A DNA stretch of 32,000 nucleotides from Acaryochloris thomasi RCC1774 (GCF_003231495.1 NZ_PQWO01000001.1:480001-512000), one strand, 5' to 3'. Numbered from the stretch's first letter, positions 7,241 to 16,719 are shown. The notes: generated by a model not told the origin, from the sequence alone. Numbers and translations are program-made.

Positions 7241-8676
7241 GCCACACCTCCAAATACCTCAATCTCTTTGAAGGCACAGACCGGCGAGGCATGCCCCACT
7301 CGGATCACCTGATTCGGTTCGCCTTTCCCACAGGCTGGCGTGCCGTAGATCTGCAGGGTGCTGCGATCTCCCACCTGATCCAGATTGCCCCAAAAATCAT
7401 TGGTAATCCCGCGATAGTTCGGGTTCCGCAGCGTTTTCGTAAACTTGCCATTTTCAATTAGGCGACCGTACTCACAGCCAAACTGAAACTTATTGCGATA
7501 GTCATCAATCGACCAAGACCGATTGGACTCCATATACACGCCGTGTTCGATAGACTCGATCATCTCATCAAAGGTGCTGTGCCCCGGCTCCAAATTAAGG
7601 TTCGCCATTCGATCAATAGGGGCACGGTTCCAGGAAGAAGCCCTGGAGTTAGCAACCCCCGGCGTATTGGTGCGGACCTGACTTTCTAAGCTCCCCAACC
7701 CACGAATCAGTTTGCCGTTGCGGATCAGATACTCCCGCTTGGCTTCAAGGCCGCTATCGTCAAAAGCATAGCTACCCAATTCTTCTGAAACTGTGGGGTC
7801 AAAGGTAATATTCATCAGCGGAGAGCCATAGACCAAATCGCCAAAGTCCGCCAAGTTTACAAAACTCGACCCTGCGTAGTTGCGCTCATCTCCTAGAATC
7901 CGGTCTAGCTCTAATGGGTGACCGACGCTCTCATGAATCTGCAGCATCATTTGGTCGGGTGCCAGCACCAGCGTCGTTGTGGTCGTAGGGCATTCCTCCG
8001 CCGTCAGGAGTTCGACGGCTTGCTCACCGATGTTTTGACAGCGACTCAAAATCGCTTGAGAGTCCATCACCTCAACCCCGCCTTGATAGCAGCGGGCAAA
8101 CCAGCCGTTATCTGTCCGCTTCTGGGTGATGCCGCCATCCTGGGCCGTAACGCCGTAATCAGTAATCACGATCCAAAGGGTTTGCTCAATATCAGCCCCG
8201 TTGCTGCTGACGAATTTTTGCTCGGTTTCTAAAACTTGAGCAAAAGCGCTGGTGCGGACAATCTTGTCAGAAACCTTTAGCGTTTGGCAGACCTGAGTTA
8301 GCAAATCCGTGAGGTCTGCAACCTTCAAATGATCATAGGGCTTTTGCACAGGCGATTGATACGTCCCTGTAGTGGCGGGTCGTACGTCTGCAGTAAATTC
8401 ATGCACTCCCCACTGGGCGGTGGCAGTGGCCTGCTGAAGCGCTCGGTCTGCAGCCGCCTGAATGCTAGCCGAATCGAGATGGTTCGTAGCAGCGTAGCCA
8501 AATTGCCCCTGGGCCAACACTTCAACCATCAAACCTTTTGTCTGGCTACGCCCATTTGCCTGAGGTTTTGCATCACGGACGAAATGAGTATGGGTCGTTT
8601 CTGAAACCTGACGAAGCCCTACCCAATCAGCATCAAGATCGAGCGCGTTGAGGGCTGTGTGTAAATCAAACTCCAT
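7237..8676 (-). CDS. tldD: TldD-family zinc metalloprotease (479 aa)
   Basis: ATG at 8676. It carries the HExxxH motif HESVGHPLE and a conserved C-terminal region, ...GTPACGKGEPNQVIRVGHASP... Confidence 0.92.
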   Translation of the reverse strand: MEFDLHTALNALDLDADWVGLRQVSETTHTHFVRDAKPQANGRSQTKGLMVEVLAQGQFGYAATNHLDSASIQAAADRALQQATATAQWGVHEFTADVRPATTGTYQSPVQKPYDHLKVADLTDLLTQVCQTLKVSDKIVRTSAFAQVLETEQKFVSSNGADIEQTLWIVITDYGVTAQDGGITQKRTDNGWFARCYQGGVEVMDSQAILSRCQNIGEQAVELLTAEECPTTTTTLVLAPDQMMLQIHESVGHPLELDRILGDERNYAGSSFVNLADFGDLVYGSPLMNITFDPTVSEELGSYAFDDSGLEAKREYLIRNGKLIRGLGSLESQVRTNTPGVANSRASSWNRAPIDRMANLNLEPGHSTFDEMIESIEHGVYMESNRSWSIDDYRNKFQFGCEYGRLIENGKFTKTLRNPNYRGITNDFWGNLDQVGDRSTLQIYGTPACGKGEPNQVIRVGHASPVCAFKEIEVFGGVA

Positions 8677-8826
8677 AGCTGCAGCCTTGAGACAGAACGT
8701 TCGGCTAGTTTAACGTGTCTCAAGGCTGTAATGCGTTGCTGATGGCTACGGCTCAAGGAAGTTTGAGAAGAGTTGAGCCTCTACGGAATAAAGACTCAAC
8801 TCAAAAGCCATACTTTGTCTTGCCTT

Positions 8827-9606
8827 CTAATCAAGGTCAAGGACGCCCTTTGTTCTTTCCCGACGGCCTCTATCTTTTGCCCGGTAGTCGCTTTCACAAC
8901 CATTTTTTTCATACATGACACAAGAAAGATAGTCGGTTGATTCAATTAATGCAGCGCGCAGCGCCTTACCGACAGGAGCCCGACTCTCTTCAGAGTCATC
9001 ACCACCAACGTTGACGCCGAGCAGACTGACGCCACCGCTAACGCCCTTAGATTTTGAGGTTGCCCGTCCCTCAACGGTCCGTGAGTGAGTCACTTCACCC
9101 GTTGTCGTATCAACAACTCTCAAATCAATTGCAACATACGCCTGCTGCTTTTTCTTGCGTCCACCACCGCCTAGGCGAATCCCGCCCAGATTAATACCGC
9201 CGACGTTGGCACCCTGCGACTTTTTGTTGACCCCTTCTTCGTAAGAAGTTACTTTGCCAAGCACAACATACTGTGCGCCTGTCAGTTGTCCCGTCTTAGC
9301 TCTGGTCCCTTGACGCACAAGACCTAATTCAGCCAGCTCCTGTTCATCAAGGACTGCATCCAGCTTTTGACGCTCAACAACTTTGAAGCTGCCTGTTGCA
9401 GATAGTTCGTTACTCAATGCATCTGCAAGTTCCCTTGAGGTGCCCCCTCTCCACCACCACCAAGTAGTCTCATTCTTAAATTCTGGCACTGAGATAGTGG
9501 GTTTAGTCTGGGCGATAGCTGCTGTCCCAGTGAACCCAGCGCCTATAACAACAAGCGCAACAGCCCCCTGTACGGCGGCAGATTTGAATGTAGAAAATAG
9601 TTGCAT
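8827..9606 (-). CDS. CsgG/HfaB-family secretion/assembly protein (259 aa)
   Basis: The ATG at 9606 gives a signal peptide, MQLFSTFKSAAVQGAVALVVIGAGFTGTAAIAQ. The core, SRELADALSNELSATGSFKVVERQKLDAVLDEQELAELG...TGAQYVVLGKVTSYE, is typical of the CsgG family. Confidence 0.8.
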   Translation of the reverse strand: MQLFSTFKSAAVQGAVALVVIGAGFTGTAAIAQTKPTISVPEFKNETTWWWWRGGTSRELADALSNELSATGSFKVVERQKLDAVLDEQELAELGLVRQGTRAKTGQLTGAQYVVLGKVTSYEEGVNKKSQGANVGGINLGGIRLGGGGRKKKQQAYVAIDLRVVDTTTGEVTHSRTVEGRATSKSKGVSGGVSLLGVNVGGDDSEESRAPVGKALRAALIESTDYLSCVMYEKNGCESDYRAKDRGRRERTKGVLDLD

Positions 9607-9873
9607 AGTGATTCTGCTAATAATAAAGACTGGAGAGCGAGAGTATTGCAACGCCGGGATCTATTTCTAATCTCTCTTTCAAGCAATCCATTAGAGTGAA
9701 TCTGCTTATAGAACCCCTTAAGCAAGCGACTAGTTTAAGAGCACCAGAAATTGAGCCATTTTTCAGATAGCTCAGAATCGCTCTACATTAAGCCGTTAGC
9801 TTTGAAATAAATGAAAAAAAGACCCCAATAACCCCAAAATCCTAGATTTAGGACACAAGCCTAGCATATAAAA

Positions 9874-10536
9874 TTATTGATGTGAGAAATGTGAAGCGTT
9901 TTCTACAAGACAAGATTGAACGGCCAGAAGTAAGTCATCAGGGGTGTCAATGATCATATCCGGCTGTTGCTGTTCTAAAACAACTCGGCTATTGAAGCCC
10001 CAGCTAACTGCAATTGAGGGAATCTGGACCTGCTGTGCAGCTTCTATATCTCGTGTCTCATCTCCGATATAGATGACTTGAGATGGCTGGAGACGATATC
10101 GTTTGACCAGACGCCGCAGAGTGCCTGCTTTACCCAGAAGGCCACGTCCTGCGTGAACAAAGTCAAATAGAGTATTGAGATCTTGGGTTACCAAGAAGTT
10201 TTCCACGGTTGATTGAGCGTTAGACGTCACAATTCCGAGGCAGTAGCCTTCGTTTTTAAGGTCAGTGAGTGCTTCTTTCGCGCCGTCAAATAACTGAATC
10301 TGAGTCGCTAGCTTACTGACTTCTTGGCGCAGACCTTGCAGAAAAAAGGGTAGTCGCCAGCGGGCCACCGGTATTTGTTGAATGAGCGCTCGCGAACTGA
10401 GCGCACGAATCTGAGGAATCTGGCTGGTCTCAATGGGAGAATACCCATACTTTTTGGCAAGACAATTAGTGGCTTCAATAAAAATTTCAAGGGAATCGAC
10501 GAGGGTGCCGTCGAAGTCGAAAATAAGGAGTTTCAT
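9874..10536 (-). CDS. HAD-superfamily hydrolase (phosphoglycolate phosphatase-like, 220 aa)
   Basis: The ATG at 10536 gives MKLLIFDFDGTLVDS, which is HAD motif I (DxDGT). Motifs II and III are visible as GIVTSN and IYIGDETRD. It overlaps the upstream VanZ-like gene by ATGA. Confidence 0.85.
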   Translation of the reverse strand: MKLLIFDFDGTLVDSLEIFIEATNCLAKKYGYSPIETSQIPQIRALSSRALIQQIPVARWRLPFFLQGLRQEVSKLATQIQLFDGAKEALTDLKNEGYCLGIVTSNAQSTVENFLVTQDLNTLFDFVHAGRGLLGKAGTLRRLVKRYRLQPSQVIYIGDETRDIEAAQQVQIPSIAVSWGFNSRVVLEQQQPDMIIDTPDDLLLAVQSCLVENASHFSHQ

Positions 10537-10928
10537 GTCTCTTTTGCTTTGACGGCAGGCCACCGCCATTCAATGAGTTTGACAATGGCATACATGAACA
10601 AACAGCCGATGCCGTTGGCAATCATATCTTCGCCAGAGAAATGCCGACCGGGCACCCAATGTTGCCCAATCTCTAAGATGACAGAATATCCAAATAAAGC
10701 CATGAGTAGAGTTCTGTAGCGACCCGCTTGATGAAATGCCAAATATAGCGCCGCAGATAAGACAGCCCAGCACAGGAAATGCACCAGCTTATCTGGAGGG
10801 GAATCGAATGCGTCAATCGCTTTGGGCGTTAGAGTTTGGTGAGTTGCGACTGCTAACAGCAGCCCAAAAATAAATTTCAACAGCGTTGACACTGGGCCTG
10901 AATTCCTCTTTGAAGCTTGCGATCGCAA
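10533..10928 (-). CDS. VanZ-like family membrane protein
   Basis: Four hydrophobic segments and the VanZ-type motif EIGQHWVPGRHFSGEDMIANGIG. The start is uncertain: TTG at 10928, or GTG 36 nt downstream. Confidence 0.7.
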   Translation of the reverse strand: MRSQASKRNSGPVSTLLKFIFGLLLAVATHQTLTPKAIDAFDSPPDKLVHFLCWAVLSAALYLAFHQAGRYRTLLMALFGYSVILEIGQHWVPGRHFSGEDMIANGIGCLFMYAIVKLIEWRWPAVKAKET

Positions 10929-11132
10929 ATACCATCCATTGAGACCCCTCTTCCTCTACTTTTGTGCCCTTACCGAGATGCGACAAAAGTTAGCCTGAGA
11001 TGGAATACCGCAGAAAAAGCCACTCTGCTACTGATATGGCATGTTCTTCGCGGGAAAGGCTTGATAACATTGGCTTTGTGCTTAACTATCCAGTAAGGCT
11101 CCTTCATTATCTGTAAAAAGGGAAATTCACTA

Positions 11133-13229
11133 GTGCTCAGGAATCTCAGCATTCAGTCCAAGACGACTCTTATGTTGTTGGCCGTGAGCATCAGCTCGAT
11201 TTTGGTGATTGCCCTCATCGGTTATGAGAGCGGCAAAACAGCGCTCAGGCGCAGCATCTTTAATCAGCTCACTAGCCTACGAGAAGCTAAAATCCAGGAA
11301 CTGCAAGATCTCAGTCAACGGACGGATCGGCAGATTCACGTTCTGAGCATAAACCCTACACTGATTCAGGCTGCCCAGGCCTTTAAAGGCAGCTATAACG
11401 AGCTGACGAAGGCATCCATCCCGCCTCAGTGGAATATAGCCATTAGCCAGTACTACGAAAAAGAGTTCATCCCCAAGCTCGCAGAAAATTCTCAGGGCGA
11501 ACCCAACGCTGCAACCTATCAACCCTCTACCCCACAGGATCGATATCTGCAGTACCAGTACACGATTAAGTCCTCTGACTTTGAGGAAAAGGTATTAATT
11601 GATAATCCCCAAGACGGCAGCACCTTTAGCAAGGTACATCAGCAATTCCATCCTTTTTTACGGGAATATGTTGAAACCTATGAGCTAGAAGACTTATTTA
11701 TTATCGATCCAGAGACAGGCAATGTGGTCTACACCACCTATAAGGGAACTGATTTTGCGACCAATCTGAAGACCGGCCCATTCTCCGAGAGCGTACTTGC
11801 AAAGGCCTTTCGTAAGGTGGTCGAAGAAGGTGAAGATCAGTTCGTTGCGTTTGTCGATTTTGAACCCTATCGCCCCTCTCATAATGATCCAGCCGCGATT
11901 CAGGCGACGCCGGTTTTTAAGGACGGTAAAATGATTGCAGTGCTTGCTCTTCAGGCGTCTTCTGTGGAGTTGAATAACATTATGACCAGTCGCGCCCGCT
12001 GGAAGGAGGTAGGATTGGGCGATTCAGGTGAGACCTATGTTGTCGGGCCTGATTATTTTATGCGTTCTGACTCGCGCTTTTTGACAGAGGAGCCTGAAAA
12101 ATATTTCGCAGCTTTGGAAACACAGGGAGTACCTAAGTCTGAAATTGAGCGTATTCGAGAGCTGGAATCAACGATCTTAAATCAGGAAGTTAAGACCGAA
12201 GCTGTAGAGGCGGCCCTGCAGGGTCAGCGAGGCACTCGCATCGTTGATGATTATCGCGGCATTCCGGTCCTTAGTGCCTATGGGCCACTTGAGGGGGATC
12301 ATAACTGGGTCTTGCTGGCTGAAATTGACGAATCAGAAGCATTTGCCCCGATCCAAGCCTTCCAAAGGCGGGTCTTAATTACGACCGTTCTGATTGTTCT
12401 GGTCGTGACGCTAGCGGCTTTGCTGCTTTCTCATCTGTTCGTGCGGCCCATCCGCCTCTTAAACCAGGGCTTTGATCGGTTCAGCAAGGGCAACACTGAC
12501 GTCAAGGTCGAAATTGACTCTAAGGATGAGTTCCACGAGCTGGCGCAGTCTTTCAATCAAATGGTGCAGGTTCTGCAGAAAAAAACGCAGCAACTGCAGG
12601 AAACCAGTCAAGAAAACGAGGAATTATTGCTTAGCATCCTGCCGGGGCCGGTGGCTCAACGCATTAAGAAGGGAGAAGATAAGATTGCCGATAGCTTCCC
12701 CAACGTGACGGTTCTGTTTGCTGACCTCCTCGGCTTCTCTGACTTCGCAGAAACCGTCTCTGCGGATGAGACGGTGGCTTTGCTCAATGAATTGGTGAGT
12801 GCCTTTGATGAGGCGGCTGACCGGCACGGTGTTGAGAAAGTGAAGACCATTGGCAGTGGCTATATGGCCGTGAGCGGCCTCTCTGTCCCGAGGCTTGATC
12901 ACACCAAGCGCGTTGTCGATTTTGCCACGGAAATGGTGCAGATCGTCCAGCGATTTAATCAAACCCGTCAAACTCAGTTGCAGGCCCGGATTGGCGTTAA
13001 TTCTGGCCCCGTGGTCGCTGGAATCGTGGGACGCAGCAAGTTTATCTATGATTTATGGGGCGATACAGTCAACATCGCCCATCATATGCAGACGGAGGGC
13101 CAGGGCGACTCGATTCAGGTCACGGCCAGCATTCATGATCAGCTCAAAGATTTTTATGAGTTCCGTCATGTCAACGAGACTTCTCTGGGCAAGAAAGAGG
13201 GATTAGAGACTTGGCTAATCAAGGTATAA
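11133..13229 (+). CDS. Membrane sensor: dCache-like periplasmic domain, HAMP, class III nucleotide cyclase homology domain (698 aa)
   Basis: Two TM segments flank a periplasmic region of about 370 aa. The HAMP is VRPIRLLNQGFDRFSKGNTDVKVEIDSKDEFHELAQSFNQM. The cyclase core is VTVLFADLLGFS...VKTIGSGYMAVSG...RIGVNSGPVVAGIVG...YDLWGDTVNIAHHMQ. Start is GTG at 11133, with an alternative ATG at 11172. Confidence 0.9.
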   Translation: MLRNLSIQSKTTLMLLAVSISSILVIALIGYESGKTALRRSIFNQLTSLREAKIQELQDLSQRTDRQIHVLSINPTLIQAAQAFKGSYNELTKASIPPQWNIAISQYYEKEFIPKLAENSQGEPNAATYQPSTPQDRYLQYQYTIKSSDFEEKVLIDNPQDGSTFSKVHQQFHPFLREYVETYELEDLFIIDPETGNVVYTTYKGTDFATNLKTGPFSESVLAKAFRKVVEEGEDQFVAFVDFEPYRPSHNDPAAIQATPVFKDGKMIAVLALQASSVELNNIMTSRARWKEVGLGDSGETYVVGPDYFMRSDSRFLTEEPEKYFAALETQGVPKSEIERIRELESTILNQEVKTEAVEAALQGQRGTRIVDDYRGIPVLSAYGPLEGDHNWVLLAEIDESEAFAPIQAFQRRVLITTVLIVLVVTLAALLLSHLFVRPIRLLNQGFDRFSKGNTDVKVEIDSKDEFHELAQSFNQMVQVLQKKTQQLQETSQENEELLLSILPGPVAQRIKKGEDKIADSFPNVTVLFADLLGFSDFAETVSADETVALLNELVSAFDEAADRHGVEKVKTIGSGYMAVSGLSVPRLDHTKRVVDFATEMVQIVQRFNQTRQTQLQARIGVNSGPVVAGIVGRSKFIYDLWGDTVNIAHHMQTEGQGDSIQVTASIHDQLKDFYEFRHVNETSLGKKEGLETWLIKV

Positions 13230-13294
13230 CAAGCTAAATCGTCCATCTGCAATGCATTCGGAAGAATACTCTAAACCGATTCAAAACAAGAACA

Positions 13295-14752
13295 ATGATT
13301 GAAGCAATTCTTCAGCAACCCTGGCTTCTGTGGAGCATTGGGTTGATGGTGGGTTTCCCGCTAGCGATGGTGGGTCTCAACGAGGGGATTTTAAAGCTGC
13401 AGCGGCAGCGCAAAGCGCTCGCTAATACGCTCAAGATTATCCGTAACTGGGTGATGCCGACCCTCGTCCTGTTCTTATTCGTCACTCAGGTGATGGGATT
13501 AGATCCCGATTTAACCCCCATTCGCCTGGTGCAGACGCTGCTGCTGTTAGCCACCATGAATATGGGCCTATCGTTCGTCAACATCATGCTGTTTGTGGAG
13601 GCGGGGTCCAACACATGGCAGGCTCAGGTGCCCAAGCTGCTGCGGGATCTGGTGCGCTTTTTCCTGATTTTGATGGGGACAGCCCTGGTCCTTTCTCTTG
13701 TCTGGAAGACCGATCTAGGGGGCTTGATCACGGCTTTAGGCGTCAGCTCGATCGTTATCGGTCTGGCCCTTCAGGACACGCTGGGCAACTTATTTTCTGG
13801 GATTGCGCTGCTGTTTGGTCGTCCCTTTAAGGTGGGGGACTGGCTGCAGCTTGGCGAGACGGTGGGTAAGGTCAATGAGGTGAACTGGCGAGCGGTGCAT
13901 CTGATGACGCGCGAACAGGAGATGCTGATTATTCCAAACTCTGTACTGGCGAAGGAAATCTTTAAAAACTACAATCAACCGATCAAAATGCATGTGGAAC
14001 CCGTAGATGTCGGTTTTTCATACAACGATCCGCCCAATAAGGTTAAGCGGGTGATGTTGGAGGTGGCACTGGCGACGAAGGGCGTGCTAGAGAAGCCTCC
14101 CCCTGTGATTCAGACGATTAACTATAACGATTCTTCGATCGATTATCGGGTGCGATTATTCTTGGCTGACTATTCAAAAGTGCCGCAGATTCGCGATGAA
14201 TTTATGACAAGGGTTTGGTATGCCGCCAACCGCTATGGCTTGAATATTCCGTTCCCGATTCGGACTGTGTTTCATCAGCAAATGGAGCCTGCAAATCTCG
14301 AAACGGAACGCACAAGGATGCTGGAGGAGTTGCGATCGCTTCCTTCCTTTGCCATAGTCGAGTCAGATACCTTGACTGATTTGCTGCCCGATCTGGAAGT
14401 CAAAAGCTTTGGTCAAGGAGAAACAATCATCCGCCAAGGCGATACTGGCGTTAAACTTCACCTCATTCTCAAAGGTCAAGTTAAGGTTAGCGTCAACAAT
14501 CGGGGCCTTGAAACGGAAATCGATCGCTTTGCGCGGGGCGAATTTTTTGGCACCCTCACGCTCCTGAGCAACGAACCCACGCCTAACACTGTCATTGCCT
14601 TAGATGATCTGGAAGTTGTGGTGTTCGAAACCGAGGCACTTCATATTATGTTGGCTCGTACGCCCCGCCTCGCCCAAGAAATGGGAGCTGTCATTGAAGC
14701 TCGTCGTAGCGCCATTGAGTTAGTCCGGCAGCCCTCATCCCGAGTGGGTTAA
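13295..14752 (+). CDS. MscS-family mechanosensitive channel fused to a C-terminal cyclic-nucleotide-binding-like domain (485 aa)
   Basis: The MscS pore and beta-domain signature is GVSSIVIGLALQDTLGNLFSGIALLFGRPFKVGDWLQLG...GKVNEVNWRAVHL. The C-terminal CNB fold is FGQGETIIRQGDTGVKLHLILKGQVKV...RGEFFGTLTLL. It lies 65 nt downstream of the cyclase gene with no intervening terminator. Confidence 0.9.
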   Translation: MIEAILQQPWLLWSIGLMVGFPLAMVGLNEGILKLQRQRKALANTLKIIRNWVMPTLVLFLFVTQVMGLDPDLTPIRLVQTLLLLATMNMGLSFVNIMLFVEAGSNTWQAQVPKLLRDLVRFFLILMGTALVLSLVWKTDLGGLITALGVSSIVIGLALQDTLGNLFSGIALLFGRPFKVGDWLQLGETVGKVNEVNWRAVHLMTREQEMLIIPNSVLAKEIFKNYNQPIKMHVEPVDVGFSYNDPPNKVKRVMLEVALATKGVLEKPPPVIQTINYNDSSIDYRVRLFLADYSKVPQIRDEFMTRVWYAANRYGLNIPFPIRTVFHQQMEPANLETERTRMLEELRSLPSFAIVESDTLTDLLPDLEVKSFGQGETIIRQGDTGVKLHLILKGQVKVSVNNRGLETEIDRFARGEFFGTLTLLSNEPTPNTVIALDDLEVVVFETEALHIMLARTPRLAQEMGAVIEARRSAIELVRQPSSRVG

Positions 14753-15391
14753 CGAGCGTGATTTGACACATTACTCAACGACAACTCCATCCCTCTTGCT
14801 AAGAGCGTTCTAACAGATTGAATCGTCTCATTTGCGCGTCATCAACCTCACTCTATCTCGCAAACAAGAGGAGAAAAAGCTTGCCCGCGAGCCACCATGC
14901 CAGCAATGTTGCCGTTGGGGAAGAGGGGAGTTATATTGGGGCAGGGTAGAAAAATAAATACCTTAATATATTTGACTCTAACCACTAAGGTATGAATCAA
15001 TTGTTGACGCTCGGGATGATATTAATCCGTTGAATGTCAGCTTTTTAGGGGGGAATGAGTTCTTTTTACATCAGGAAGCATCATTAGTGGTGTTGACTAA
15101 CGTGTAAATGAACACAGTTGCGATTCGGTATTGGCAGCAATATATTGCTGTAGGGGGAAAACAGTAGATCAATTTAGTTCTACTGGGTTTATTAATATCG
15201 CGGATCAAAACTCTTGTTTTGTTGTTGGATCTTCAAGGTCGGAAGCAGCACTGTAGAAAGCAAAAGCTTTGATGCTGTTTACGCGTGCTACGAAGCGTCA
15301 TAAATATCTAAATTTTAGAGTGCGGTCTTTCTGACAAGACTGCAAGAGATTATTCTGAGTATTTCCAGTTTTATAGTGATTTAAATCATCG

Positions 15392-16291
15392 ATGGTCGCA
15401 GACTCTAAGACTATGCTTGAGTCTAACGCTGCAACATTTGAGCTAAGCCGTTATTTTAATAGTCCGATGCTTCATCAACTAAAACATCAAGCTTTAGGAA
15501 CAAAGGCAGGCACTTTGCCAAAGATCAACGTCATTGGTTCGCCCGTCACAGCTTTGCCCTTTGACGACCAGATGAAAGTGATTCTGCATTGGGCAAAGTC
15601 TCGCTTGAGTAAGACGGTCTGCGTTGCCAACACTCATATGCTGGTTGAAGCTTACCGACGCCCTAAATTTCGGGCAGTTTTAAGAAGATCTGATTTGGTC
15701 ACACCGGATGGTATGCCTCTGGTCTGGATGATGAAGGTGATGGGGGCGCTCAGGCAAAACCGGGTGGCGGGGATGGATATTTTCTTGTCTCTTTGTGAGG
15801 CAGCACCACGTCAAGAGACCAGTATCTTTTTGTTAGGTTCTCAGTCCGCTGTACTTCGGCAGATGCAGATCAAGCTAGAGGATGAGTTCCCTGATTTGCA
15901 GATTGCGGGCATGGAACCTCTACCGTTTCGACCACTCACGACTCTAGAGGATGATGAGCTGATTCAACGCATCAATGCTAGTGGAGCAGGTCTCGTATTT
16001 TTGGCGCTCGGCTGTCCCAAACAAGAGGCGTGGATTGCTCAACATAAGGGCCGTATTCGGGCCGTCATGCTGGGCGTCGGCGGCGTATTTCCGGTCTATG
16101 CTGGCATCCAAAAAAGAGCGCCCCGCTGGATTCGTGAGTCTGGCTTAGAGTGGCTATATCGCTTAGTGCAGGAGCCAACGCGCCTATGGAAGCGCTATGG
16201 AACAACGATTCCTTTGTTTGTATACCTAGCACTGAAGCAGGCACTGCAGCATAAGGTTGCCAATGGATATCTAAAGCGATCGCAAGTCTAA
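15392..16291 (+). CDS. WecB/TagA/CpsF-family glycosyltransferase (WecG-like)
   Basis: Motifs VCVANTHMLVEA, LVTPDGMPLVW, FLALGCPKQEAW and GVGGVFPVYAG...RAPRW...GLEWLYRL are typical of the family. The true start may be an internal Met downstream of 15392. Confidence 0.85.
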   Translation: MVADSKTMLESNAATFELSRYFNSPMLHQLKHQALGTKAGTLPKINVIGSPVTALPFDDQMKVILHWAKSRLSKTVCVANTHMLVEAYRRPKFRAVLRRSDLVTPDGMPLVWMMKVMGALRQNRVAGMDIFLSLCEAAPRQETSIFLLGSQSAVLRQMQIKLEDEFPDLQIAGMEPLPFRPLTTLEDDELIQRINASGAGLVFLALGCPKQEAWIAQHKGRIRAVMLGVGGVFPVYAGIQKRAPRWIRESGLEWLYRLVQEPTRLWKRYGTTIPLFVYLALKQALQHKVANGYLKRSQV

Positions 16292-16455
16292 GTAACTCCG
16301 CAACTGCAATGCATCATTAACGGCACGGACCTAGGCTCAATTATTCCTAATTTAAATCTAAAATCTGGTCGATTTCAGCTCATATTCCGTAAATTCACTC
16401 TGAATGAACGAGAAAGGTAGCGGTTAGGCTAACAAGGAATCATTTGGGTATTCAT

Positions 16456-16490
16456 CCCCTCATCAAGATTTTGATGAGGGGGTTTTCTTG
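16456..16490 (+). terminator. Intrinsic terminator (plus-strand orientation)
   Basis: Perfect 11-bp stem: CCCCTCATCAA (16456-16466), loop GATT, TTGATGAGGGG (16471-16481). It is followed by GTTTTCTTG. Confidence 0.6.
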
Positions 16491-16509
16491 TATAGAGCCA
16501 TCAGACAAT

Positions 16510-16719
16510 TTAAAACGCAGAATAGGTTGCGATCGCATCTCCCAATTTCTCCAGCACTTCAGCAATGGGCGTCGCTCCCAGCTCGCCTGACACACGGGTC
16601 CGAATATTAAGGCTTTCGGCTTCAACTTCCTTATCACCAATCACCGACATCACCGGTATTTTCGCCTTCTCCGCATTGCGAATCTTTTTACCCAAGCGCT
16701 CACCGGAGGTATTCACCTG
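16510..16719 (-). pseudogene. Displaced 3'-terminal fragment of a threonyl-tRNA synthetase gene (last 69 codons plus stop)
   Basis: The translation ...QVNTSGERLGKKIRNAEKAKIPVMSVIGDKEVEAESLNIRTRVSGELGATPIAEVLEKLGDAIATYSAF* aligns colinearly with the C-terminus of the intact thrS at 20425..20634. There is no similarity upstream of about 16720. The track ORF 16510..16743 merely extends it to a fortuitous ATG. Confidence 0.88.

Noticed and set aside
11277-13206. Alternative-frame and antisense ORFs inside the cyclase gene: 11277..11522, 11694..11882, 12472..12708, 12624..12971, 12656..12850 and 12895..13206.
   Set aside because: They are nested within a strongly supported 698-aa CDS and lack motifs. 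They are typical shadow ORFs. The same reasoning applies to shadow ORFs inside tldD, thrS, the symporter, the OM barrel and the esterase genes.
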